A stretch of 58,649 nucleotides of DNA. Origin: Candidatus Omnitrophota bacterium (GTDB lineage Bacteria; Omnitrophota; Gorgyraeia; Zapsychrales; Zapsychraceae). The stretch covers positions 1 to 58,649 of the forward strand of contig JADFZM010000003.1 in NCBI GenBank assembly GCA_015232535.1, in the 5' to 3' direction. This document shows, one piece after another, positions 8,297 through 16,517 of this stretch (positions are counted from its first letter, which is position 1; every line of letters starts with the position of its first letter). The notes under the pieces were generated by a model. That model was not told the DNA's origin. It did no database searches and saw only the letters and a program-made list of their open reading frames with translations. The position numbers were made by a program, and so were the translations under genes.

Positions 8297-11200
8297 CAAA
8301 GTGTTTATGATCTTCCGGCTGTAGGCGCTCAGGTTAATTTAAGCCAAAGCTTCGCCCCGGCGGTATTAAAAGGGATCAGGATCGACCCCAAAGAGCCGCT
8401 AAACTTTGATTTCATCGTCGATGCCGGCGATTCCGGATTAAAAGACGCGGAGTTAAAGAAAGAATCCGAAAAACTTATTAAATATTTCCTCGCCTCATTG
8501 ACCGTCCCTAAAGACGAGCTTTGGGTCAATTTATCCCCTTATGAAAAAGACCGCATAATCCCCGATTCGCTTTCCCAAACCGATATGGGACGCGACCTTC
8601 TCGCCCAGGATTATATCTTAAAGCAATTAACCGCGGCTTTGGTTTATCCGGAGGATGAACTGGGGGCAAAATTTTGGGAAGAGGTTTATTCTAAAGTTAA
8701 AACAAAATACGGCGCTAAAGACCTGCCGGTCAATACCTTGTCTAAGGTATGGATAATCCCGGATAAAGCGACTATATACGAGAAGAACAACACTGCTTAT
8801 ATCGTTGATTCCCATCTAAAGGTAATGCTTGAGGAGGATTATGTAGCCATGGATAAACAGAAAGCCATGGCGGAATCCCGCGATTCCTCGCGGGACAGTG
8901 ATTTACAAAGGACGAACGGGGAAATAAACAATATTCTGCGTTCGATCATAATCCCGGCAATTGAAAAAGAAGTTAATACCGGAAAGAATTTTGCTAATTT
9001 AAGGCAAGTTGTTAATTCTCTTATTTTGGCAACCTGGTATAAAACCAATTTAAAAGAAAGTTTACTTGGAAAAGTTTACGTCGATAAGAATAAAATATTT
9101 GGCATTGTTACCGCAGATGAGAATTTTAAAGAGAAAATATACAACCGTTATTTAGAAGCTTTAGAGGCCGGAGCAAGGAATTATATCAGAGAAGATTACG
9201 ATCCCAAGACTCGGCAGCTTGTTCCGCGCAAATATTTTGTTGGGGGATTAAACTTAGAAGGAATCGGATATCGCTCCTCTTCTGCGGACAATGAAAAAAT
9301 TAATCGTTTAAGCCCTGGGCCTGTATCAGAAATCAATCTGACTTTAAGAACGGATAGAAATATGCTTTCGGGGATCGAGAAGAAAGCCCCCGCATTAAGC
9401 CGGTTTAATGACCTTAAGATTGTTTCTTGGCAAAATGGAGCAATGATTGCCGAAGGTTATATTGATGATCCCAACGAAAAGATTTTGGTAAAATTACTGA
9501 CTGACGATTCTTTGAAAAATAAAAGAGAGTTTGCGGTTTATGAAGAATTACTTGCCCATGATTCTTCTTTAAGTTTTCTTGAATTATTTCCTTCATATGA
9601 AGGTCAGGCAGTTCTTGAATCTTCTGATTTAAATCTTCCTTTGTTTGCGGGTAAAATCGGCCTTAGTGAAGGAACAAAATATTTTGTTGTCAGAAAAGCA
9701 CAAGGGGTAAATATCAGAGAAAGAATCGTTGAATTAAAAGAAAAACTTCAAGGCGCTCATTCATTGGAAGCAGATGAACATGTTATCGGAGATTTATATT
9801 CGATTATAGATGCAATTAAAAGGCTTCATGCTAGAGGAATAATCCTAAAAAATCTAAGGGCTGATAATATATTAATTGATCCCCGAAAGAATTCGATTAC
9901 GATAGACGTAGTTTCATCTCTTTCCATCGCAGATGCCCATAATTCCGAAATAGATATTTATGGCGGGCAAAGAAAAACCTACCAACAGGGAAATAAATTG
10001 CTTTATTATGGAAAAGCCGATATAGAAAGTTTCGATGAAATAGCGTTATTGTACTCGGAAGGTTTATTAAGCTCAAAGTCTTCTTTAATATCGAGCTTGT
10101 CAAGCCTAAGGTTATCAGCGGCCGAGTTCTTTTATAAAACCAGCGACCCTTATGAATTATCCGAGGTAGTTCCATCAATAGGGGCTGATGAGATATTGCT
10201 TTTGTTGGCTAATAAAAGAAATAATATCGGTGTATGGAATCAATCCCGAAAGATAAGAGAATTAGGGGCAGAAAAAGGTGGAGAAGCGGTATTAGAGCTA
10301 AGAAAATTGTTAAATCCTTTAAAAACCCAGGAACCTCGCTTACGTTCGGCGGCCCTTGATGGTTTGATGGCGACAAATTCTCCATTGTCCGTTAGGGCAA
10401 TTGCCACCGCATTGAAGGATCCCGACCGTTTTGTTAAAAGATCGGCAGCCAGTTATTTGGGGAATTTTCCCAGAAGTAAAGTAGCGGTAAAGGCCTTGAT
10501 CAAGGCATTAGCGGACCCAGACAGCGCGGTTTTTGAGAATGCTCTTGATTCCATAAGTAAGATTGGAGACGAAGATACTATTGTTGAATTGAATATTCTA
10601 CGTTCGGGAGAGCCTAAGATAATGACGTTTTCAAGATTTGATGATCATGGAGGGATGATCAGATATACTAAAAAACCAGTTTACACAGGCTACAACGCCC
10701 AAAAATTGACTTATCAAGGAGAGGAGACCATTGAAAATCCCAGGGTCTCTCAATATTCTAAAACAATCGCAGATCTGCAGAGGAAATTAAAGGAGGAAAG
10801 ATTAAAAAGGAAAATCAATTTAGAAGAAGTTAAAGATAAAAGAATCCCAGCATTCTTCAAATGGCTTGAAGAAAAAGGCCTCGCAGATTATTTTGTTATA
10901 GTCGGCGGAGGCGTCCGCGATCTTTATACGGGAGAGATGCTTAACGATCTAGATATTGGAATAAAAGTAGAATTAACGGATGAAGAAAGGCTGCAGTTTA
11001 TAACTCCCATTAATCAGGCTACTGAAAGGGTTTGGCAATATTCAATGGATAAGCTAAAGTTATTGGCTGATGCCTTAGGTGAGGATGTAAATGTGTTCTT
11101 GCCGCCCCTTTTTGGGAAGAAATCAGTCTTCTGGAGCGATGGCAAGAACCCCACTATAGAAATACAATATACCGGCCCTATAAGACAGGTTGATTCAGAA

Positions 11201-13705
11201 GACGGCACTCCTATTTATATTAAAAGATCCTTATTTGATGAGAATGATCGTTCAGTCTATCTTACTAGGACCAATGCGGCGCTATTATCGACCGGGATTG
11301 ACTCTAGAGGTAACATTTATGGGAGGGTTAGCGCTTTTGATGATTTTGATAACGGTATCGCTCAATTAGCCGGAGATGGTGATAACTTTGATATAGGGGC
11401 CATAATGCGTTTTTTACGGCTCAAATATCAGTTCGGCTTGAAAATTACTCAGGATGATTATTCCTTGGTTCAAGAACAAATAAAGAGGTATTTATCGGAC
11501 GATTCGGAAATCCCCAGCGTTATAATTTATTTTGTTTTGAGCCGGCAGATAGAAAGGCTTCTTGCAACAGCCAAAGACAAAGATGCCGCGCATCTGGAAT
11601 TGGAAAGGCTAGGCATTTATAAATTATTGGACTTGGGAAAACACCGCCAAATAAAGCCGGAAGAAATTGAAGCTTGGGGATTGAATATTGCCCCGGCCTT
11701 AGAAGCGGCAATTATGGAAATTTCTGATATAAGAAAAAGTAGGCAGCGAGAAATATTAAAGTCCAGCTTATTGAATATATTAAATGTGCAAAGTAAGCCG
11801 ATAACGAAGAGGAGGCTTTTTGAGATTCTAAGGATTAATCCAGACTTTGCGAAAGTAAATTTCAGGGAAGTTCTTCAAACTATTGCTTATTATTCTATTT
11901 TAGCCAATCACATCTATTTACTAAGAAAACCATCTCTCTCTGACCTTGCGGAAGAAAGAGCTAATGCTGTGCCGGGATCGGGCGTGACAAATTCAAGATT
12001 ACGTTTTAGCATGGATGATGTCACAAATGTTATTATAAATCCTGAAGTATTAGAATATGATTTTGGTATAAGCTTCGATGAGTTGACTGATGAGGAGATT
12101 TTATTATTGGCTAAAACACCTTATCCCGCTATCGGGCAGACGCTAGGTTTGACTATAGCCGAAAATACCAAGTTAAACCTAAAGCAGTTATTGGAATTAT
12201 TGGAGATCAGGGATAATAGCCTAACAGAAATTGTCTTAGAGAATATTGTATCCAGGTTTAAAGGAGCTACTAATTTAAAAGATACGCTGCAGAGTAGGAT
12301 GCTGCTTATAAGAAATGAGCTAAGAGCTGCCCGTCTTTTGCGTTATGAATGGCTTAAGACTAATACGGATATAGTAGATAAATATAGCCTATCTTTTGTT
12401 GCTAATAATGAATATGCAGGGCTTAGAAATAAGGCCAAGAAATTTAAGGATGAAATTATTCTATATGCCAAAGCCATAGCCAAGCTGGACGGAAAAGACA
12501 CAGTTGTTCACGGTTCAGCGATGAATGTGGTTTTTAATCCTCTAGGTAATTTCCTGCCTCATTCATCAGCGCGATTAAATAGAAATATTGGCATGATAAA
12601 AATAGAGCAATTGCTGGATAAGGAATCAGAAATGGCACCTGTGTGGTCAAGATTAGACTCGGATGAATTATATTTATCCGAGAGAGAGGTCACTGGCGGG
12701 GATTCAGGAATAAATCAGGTCAGAGTCAAGAAATATATAAGGTATAGGGAAAGGAAGACCGGAAAGCTATACTATTCGACCCAATATGAAAAGGCCCAGA
12801 TGTTCTCGGTGATTTCCAGTTATTTGTTCTTTAGGTTGATCGGGCTACCAATCCGCCCGACATTTGTTTTAAGAAAAGAAGACGGAGAGCCGATTCTTTT
12901 AAGAGAGATAATTCACAACAGTTCGCCTTTGGACGAATACAAGATAGTTTTCGGCGAAGATGCTATACAATTTGCTTCCGTATGGAGGAGGCTGTTAAAG
13001 GGGGCGCTATTGGCGGACAATGTTCTGGGCCATCGCGGCCGGGGCCAAGACACTATTTCAATTATCACCAACGCGGATGGCTCGAAAAAACCCTTTTTTG
13101 ATGAAATGAGAAGTGCATTCGGGATTCCCGATGTTATTGATGATAAAATCCCTATTAGCGAGCAGGTAAATTATAATTTCTCCGATAACGTTGTTTCGCT
13201 GCCGGACCGGCAGGTAACGGCAGGAGTATCCGGGCTTTTCCCCGATGAATTATCAGCAAATCCTTATCAATCTAAGGCCCGGCATGCTGACCTGGCCTGG
13301 ATGGCAGGATATTTAAAGCAGGTAACCCCTGAACAATTGCGGGGAATTTTGGATTACGCGAATAAAGCTGTCCCGAATAATGGATTGGATGTTGAGGCGA
13401 TTTTTATGGAATGGCAAAAGGCTTTAGATAAAGTCCGGGAGATATATCCGGATAAAGCGCAATTATCCAACCGAAATTCTCAAGAGACCCCCGGCGGTAT
13501 CGACCTGAATCCGGATAATATAACGATGGATATTAAATCCGATGGGTTAAAGCCGCGCTTTGAGTTCTCCCCCGATATCCTTGAAGCTTATCCAATAAGG
13601 GGGTTTGAGCCGGTCATTATCAATATCTCTCCCATAAACAGCCTGCCTTTATACTTAGGGATCATTAAGGCAGAAGGCGAGATGAGTATAAGCCGCCTTA
13701 ATTGA
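8183..13705 (+). CDS. Giant secreted or membrane-anchored multidomain protein (1840 aa). It has a signal peptide, a conserved N-module, a pseudokinase-like domain, HEAT repeats, a CCA/polyA-polymerase-type nucleotidyltransferase, ~680 aa of unassigned sequence, and the conserved 70-aa C-terminal module.
   Basis: This is one long uninterrupted ORF whose ATG follows an 88-nt AT-rich spacer after ORF1. Domain motifs are listed separately. Confidence 0.92.
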   Translation: MTFHFQNFKSNKLNRGLGFLAAFFLVLESILSPVASYAQSVYDLPAVGAQVNLSQSFAPAVLKGIRIDPKEPLNFDFIVDAGDSGLKDAELKKESEKLIKYFLASLTVPKDELWVNLSPYEKDRIIPDSLSQTDMGRDLLAQDYILKQLTAALVYPEDELGAKFWEEVYSKVKTKYGAKDLPVNTLSKVWIIPDKATIYEKNNTAYIVDSHLKVMLEEDYVAMDKQKAMAESRDSSRDSDLQRTNGEINNILRSIIIPAIEKEVNTGKNFANLRQVVNSLILATWYKTNLKESLLGKVYVDKNKIFGIVTADENFKEKIYNRYLEALEAGARNYIREDYDPKTRQLVPRKYFVGGLNLEGIGYRSSSADNEKINRLSPGPVSEINLTLRTDRNMLSGIEKKAPALSRFNDLKIVSWQNGAMIAEGYIDDPNEKILVKLLTDDSLKNKREFAVYEELLAHDSSLSFLELFPSYEGQAVLESSDLNLPLFAGKIGLSEGTKYFVVRKAQGVNIRERIVELKEKLQGAHSLEADEHVIGDLYSIIDAIKRLHARGIILKNLRADNILIDPRKNSITIDVVSSLSIADAHNSEIDIYGGQRKTYQQGNKLLYYGKADIESFDEIALLYSEGLLSSKSSLISSLSSLRLSAAEFFYKTSDPYELSEVVPSIGADEILLLLANKRNNIGVWNQSRKIRELGAEKGGEAVLELRKLLNPLKTQEPRLRSAALDGLMATNSPLSVRAIATALKDPDRFVKRSAASYLGNFPRSKVAVKALIKALADPDSAVFENALDSISKIGDEDTIVELNILRSGEPKIMTFSRFDDHGGMIRYTKKPVYTGYNAQKLTYQGEETIENPRVSQYSKTIADLQRKLKEERLKRKINLEEVKDKRIPAFFKWLEEKGLADYFVIVGGGVRDLYTGEMLNDLDIGIKVELTDEERLQFITPINQATERVWQYSMDKLKLLADALGEDVNVFLPPLFGKKSVFWSDGKNPTIEIQYTGPIRQVDSEDGTPIYIKRSLFDENDRSVYLTRTNAALLSTGIDSRGNIYGRVSAFDDFDNGIAQLAGDGDNFDIGAIMRFLRLKYQFGLKITQDDYSLVQEQIKRYLSDDSEIPSVIIYFVLSRQIERLLATAKDKDAAHLELERLGIYKLLDLGKHRQIKPEEIEAWGLNIAPALEAAIMEISDIRKSRQREILKSSLLNILNVQSKPITKRRLFEILRINPDFAKVNFREVLQTIAYYSILANHIYLLRKPSLSDLAEERANAVPGSGVTNSRLRFSMDDVTNVIINPEVLEYDFGISFDELTDEEILLLAKTPYPAIGQTLGLTIAENTKLNLKQLLELLEIRDNSLTEIVLENIVSRFKGATNLKDTLQSRMLLIRNELRAARLLRYEWLKTNTDIVDKYSLSFVANNEYAGLRNKAKKFKDEIILYAKAIAKLDGKDTVVHGSAMNVVFNPLGNFLPHSSARLNRNIGMIKIEQLLDKESEMAPVWSRLDSDELYLSEREVTGGDSGINQVRVKKYIRYRERKTGKLYYSTQYEKAQMFSVISSYLFFRLIGLPIRPTFVLRKEDGEPILLREIIHNSSPLDEYKIVFGEDAIQFASVWRRLLKGALLADNVLGHRGRGQDTISIITNADGSKKPFFDEMRSAFGIPDVIDDKIPISEQVNYNFSDNVVSLPDRQVTAGVSGLFPDELSANPYQSKARHADLAWMAGYLKQVTPEQLRGILDYANKAVPNNGLDVEAIFMEWQKALDKVREIYPDKAQLSNRNSQETPGGIDLNPDNITMDIKSDGLKPRFEFSPDILEAYPIRGFEPVIINISPINSLPLYLGIIKAEGEMSISRLN
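8297..9247 (+). other. Conserved ~320-aa N-terminal module (copy 1), shared with ORF3
   Basis: Long runs are identical with ORF3: KLIKYFLASLTVP, WVNLSPYEKDR, MGRDLLAQDYILKQLT, LVYPEDELG, SHLKVMLEED, IEKEVN.GKNFA.LRQ, NLKESLLG, PRKYF.GG. Confidence 0.85.
9420..10060 (+). other. Protein-kinase-like domain of ORF2, probably a pseudokinase
   Basis: ILVKLL matches a VAIK-like Lys and FAVYEEL matches the alpha-C Glu. The catalytic-loop region LHARGIILKNLRADNILID (9826..9880) aligns to HxxGixHRDLKpxNILxD, with HRD replaced by LKN (catalytic Asp to Asn). TIDVV sits at the DFG position. Confidence 0.55.
10250..10595 (+). other. HEAT / PBS-lyase-type repeats in ORF2
   Basis: The segment LRSAALDGLMATNSPLSVRAIATALKDPDRFVKRSAASYLGNFPRSKVAVKALIKALADPDSAVFENALDSISKIGDEDTI shows the repeated (A/L)L.DPD..VR..A pattern. 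Confidence 0.7.
10840..11460 (+). other. tRNA nucleotidyltransferase / poly(A) polymerase family head domain (PolyA_pol-like) in ORF2
   Basis: YFVIVGGGVRDLYTGEMLNDLDIGIKV (10889..10966) matches the GGxVRDxLLGxxxxDxD signature. The downstream IMRFLRLKYQFGLKI matches the RxxRFxxxxgF helix motif. Confidence 0.8.
13493..13702 (+). other. Conserved 70-aa C-terminal module (copy 2), shared with ORF1
   Basis: The sequence is GGIDLNPDNITMDIKSDGLKPRFEFSPDILEAYPIRGFEPVIINISPINSLPLYLGIIKAEGEMSISRLN-stop. Confidence 0.8.
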
Positions 13706-13992
13706 CCCTAATAATTATCAATTTACCTCCTGAATCAATTTGCCTGTGGCTAAAGGCTCAAAAAGTCTAATGACCCGAATTATTCAAGGGATCTTTAAGT
13801 TAAGTTAGAACCTTTTTATTTTATGGGCAAGGCGAAAATCGTGCGTTATAATACAAAAGTAATATTATATTTAAACAAGTCCTAAATTGCTATAACCAGC
13901 CCTTAGCTTGCCATAAATTATTGTAGTTAAATAATTTGCATGTTGTTTTGTATAAAAGCCCGCTATGCGCTTGACATGCGCAATTTTTGCAA

Positions 13993-14040
13993 TTGACATA
14001 GCGGGTTTTTATGTTAATATTTTATGAACATATGTTCATA
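13993..14040 (+). promoter_or_regulatory. Candidate sigma70-type promoter plus palindromic operator of the ars operon
   Basis: TTGACA (13993..13998) is followed after 16 nt by TAATAT (14015..14020). A perfect 18-bp palindrome TATGAACATATGTTCATA (14023..14040) comes next and ends 17 nt before the ATG at 14058. Confidence 0.5.
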
Positions 14041-14057
14041 ACTATCGGCGAGCTCTA

Positions 14058-14363
14058 ATGCGTCCAAAAAAAACAAGATGGGTTAAATGCGAGCCGGGGG
14101 AAAGATGCTTCCGCCCCCGTTGTAAGCCATTAAATAAAGTTGAAGGCGTTTTTTTGACGTTGGATGAATTTGAAGCCATTCGATTGGCTGATTTCGAGCA
14201 ATTACAACAAATTGATGCGGCTAAGATGATGCGTATTTCTCGCCCGACTTTTTCTCGGATTCTTTCTTCTGCGCATAACAAAATAGCGGATGGTTTAGTA
14301 AATATAAAAGCGATAAAAATTGAAGGCGGTTGTTGCAAAATTGAAGAAGCGAGGGATAAATGA
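14058..14363 (+). CDS. DUF134 (UPF0251) family predicted DNA-binding protein, candidate regulator of the ars operon
   Basis: [20 protein letters not shown]...[59 protein letters not shown] is the typical DUF134 pattern with a sigma-70 region-4-like HTH. The stop overlaps the acr3 start (ATGA). Confidence 0.8.
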   Translation: MRPKKTRWVKCEPGERCFRPRCKPLNKVEGVFLTLDEFEAIRLADFEQLQQIDAAKMMRISRPTFSRILSSAHNKIADGLVNIKAIKIEGGCCKIEEARDK

Positions 14364-15406
14364 CGATGGGGTTTATAAAAAAACTTTCTTTACTTGATAG
14401 GTTTTTGACTTTATGGATTATTTTGGGGATGACCTCGGGTGTGGGGGTAGGATATTTCTATCCGCCCATTGTGAAGTTCTGGAACAAGTTCCACTTCGGC
14501 ACTACCAACATTCCCATTGCCATTGGTCTTATTTTGATGATGTATCCGCCTTTGGCAAAGGTTAAATATGAGGAATTAGGTGATGTATTTAGGGATAAGA
14601 AAATATTAGGTCTTTCTTTGATACAGAATTGGTTAATCGGGCCGGTGTTAATGTTTTTATTAGCAATAACATTTCTACATGGCTATCCCGAATATATGGT
14701 TGGTCTTATCATGATTGGCTTGGCGCGTTGCATTGCCATGGTTATTGTCTGGAGTGATTTGGCCGGAGGAGATACCGAGTATTGCGCGGGGTTGGTAGCG
14801 TTTAACTCAATATTTCAGGTTCTGTTCTTTTCCGCTTATGCTTGGGTATTTGTTACGATCTTGCCGGGTTGGTTTGGTTTAAAAGGTACGACAGTTAATA
14901 TTACTATGGGCCAGATTGCCGAAAGTGTTTTTATTTATTTAGGGATTCCATTTTTAGCGGGTATTATCACAAGATTTACTCTTATACGTTTTAAGAGTAA
15001 AGAGTGGTATCAGAATAAATTCATTCCCGCGATCAGTCCGGTAACCTTAATCGCTCTACTGTTTACGATTTTTGTAATGTTCTCGCTTAAAGGTGAATAT
15101 ATTGTAAAAATTCCTTTGGATGTTATGCGCATAGCGGTGCCGCTTCTGATTTATTTTGTAGTGATGTTTTTAGTTTCATTCTATATTGGTAAGAATTTTA
15201 ATGCCGGATATCCAAAAACAGCAACTTTGTCATTCACTGCCGCCAGTAATAACTTTGAACTTGCTATTGCCGTGGCTGTTGCGGTGTTTGGCATAAATTC
15301 CGGAGTGGCATTTGCCGCTGTTATCGGCCCTTTGGTGGAAGTTCCCGCCCTTATCGGACTGGTTAATGTTTCACTTTATTTTAAAAAGAGATATTTCCAT
15401 GAGTAA
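14360..15406 (+). CDS. acr3: Arsenite efflux permease, ACR3 family
   Basis: [38 protein letters not shown] and [19 protein letters not shown] are characteristic of ACR3. The protein is polytopic (~10 TM). An alternative ATG lies at 14366. Confidence 0.9.
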   Translation: MTMGFIKKLSLLDRFLTLWIILGMTSGVGVGYFYPPIVKFWNKFHFGTTNIPIAIGLILMMYPPLAKVKYEELGDVFRDKKILGLSLIQNWLIGPVLMFLLAITFLHGYPEYMVGLIMIGLARCIAMVIVWSDLAGGDTEYCAGLVAFNSIFQVLFFSAYAWVFVTILPGWFGLKGTTVNITMGQIAESVFIYLGIPFLAGIITRFTLIRFKSKEWYQNKFIPAISPVTLIALLFTIFVMFSLKGEYIVKIPLDVMRIAVPLLIYFVVMFLVSFYIGKNFNAGYPKTATLSFTAASNNFELAIAVAVAVFGINSGVAFAAVIGPLVEVPALIGLVNVSLYFKKRYFHE

Positions 15407-15821
15407 GGAAAGAGTTTTATTTGTCTGTATTCATAATTCCGCAAGGTCTCAAATGGCGGAGGCATTTTTAAAGCAGTTGGCTGGAGACAAATTTGATGTC
15501 GATAGTGCTGGACTTGAGCCTGGAAAACTCAATCCGATTGTCGTTGAGGTAATGAAAGAAGTCGGGATTGATATTTCCCAAAACAAGACCAAAAGCGTCC
15601 TCGACCTTTTGAAGGAGAGCAAGCTTTATAGTTATGTTATTACAGTCTGCGACCAATCGCAATCCCAAAAATGTCCTATCTTTCCAGGAGTAGCTAAACG
15701 ACTTCACTGGAGCTTTGTTGATCCTTCGAGTTTTCAGGGCAGTTGGGAAGAGAAATTAACGAGGACCAGAATTGTCCGTGAGCAGATAAGACAAAAGATT
15801 AGAGAATGGTTGCAAAGGTAG
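15399..15821 (+). CDS. arsC: Arsenate reductase, LMW-PTP / thioredoxin-coupled type
   Basis: [23 protein letters not shown] is a CX5R(S) P-loop, and [17 protein letters not shown] supplies the distal Cys pair. I place the start at ATG 15399 (8-nt overlap with acr3) rather than the track start 15312, whose extra N-terminus lies inside acr3. Confidence 0.88.
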   Translation: MSKERVLFVCIHNSARSQMAEAFLKQLAGDKFDVDSAGLEPGKLNPIVVEVMKEVGIDISQNKTKSVLDLLKESKLYSYVITVCDQSQSQKCPIFPGVAKRLHWSFVDPSSFQGSWEEKLTRTRIVREQIRQKIREWLQR

Positions 15822-15966
15822 GGTTTAAGTTGTAGTTTAATACTAATCTGGGTAAGAAATTGTTTCTGCCGATGCTGGCAGTCAGGGATGAACTGACCTA
15901 GCCCGGGGATTTGCGCTCGTTCAACCGGATTGTTTAAAGTCTTATATGCAGCGATAAAAGGAGAAC

Positions 15967-16446
15967 ATGAAACCCGAAACCGAAGGCAGAAAAGCTTTAA
16001 AGGCCCTATTAGAGGAAACCAAGGTCAAAGATGTCATGACGAGGGAGGTTTTGTCTATCGGCGTTGATGACAGCTTCAGCAAGGTCCCGGAGTTCTTCCA
16101 AAGGACCGGTTTCCGCCATCTTCCTGTTGTCGGTGAAAACGGCCGGTTCATGGGCCTGATCACAGAGCGGGATTTATATAAGATCAGGTCTCCCCGGAAG
16201 CTTATCGACGGATCCTGGTATTACGACAGCGAAATGCTGGACGATGTGATTTTAAAGCATGTTATGGTTAAAGACACCTTTACTATGAGCCCTGAAGCGA
16301 CTTTGGCCGAAGCCTTAACGAAAATGACTATATGCAAATATGGCTGCGTCCCGATCCTTGAAGAGGACGGGACGTTATGCGGTATCCTCACCCAGCATGA
16401 TCTTTTAAGAGTGGCTTACGAAATACTTAAAGGAAAAAGAAAATAG
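15967..16446 (+). CDS. CBS domain pair protein
   Basis: There are two CBS repeats: VKDVMTREVLSIGVDDSF...HLPVVGENGRFMGLITERDL and VMVKDTFTMSPEATLAEAL...CVPILEEDGTLCGILTQHDL. The RBS is AAGGAGA. Confidence 0.85.
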   Translation: MKPETEGRKALKALLEETKVKDVMTREVLSIGVDDSFSKVPEFFQRTGFRHLPVVGENGRFMGLITERDLYKIRSPRKLIDGSWYYDSEMLDDVILKHVMVKDTFTMSPEATLAEALTKMTICKYGCVPILEEDGTLCGILTQHDLLRVAYEILKGKRK

Positions 16447-16517
16447 TTACAAGCAATGTCCTGCCGCTGCTTAAGCGGACATCAATTTAAATTATTCTTA
16501 TACAAAAGGTTTTCAAA

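Noticed and set aside
10620-10680. An RFDDHGGM string in ORF2 that echoes RFDDHLGMYGG just before the Nudix box of ORF1.
   Set aside because: No Nudix box follows in ORF2. An 8-residue resemblance is most likely coincidental.
11460-13490. A possible PI3K/PI4K-like catalytic loop (LGHRGRGQDTISI) in the unassigned C-terminal half of ORF2.
   Set aside because: It only loosely resembles the LGxGDRHxxN motif, the DRH triad is missing, and there are no supporting flanking motifs.
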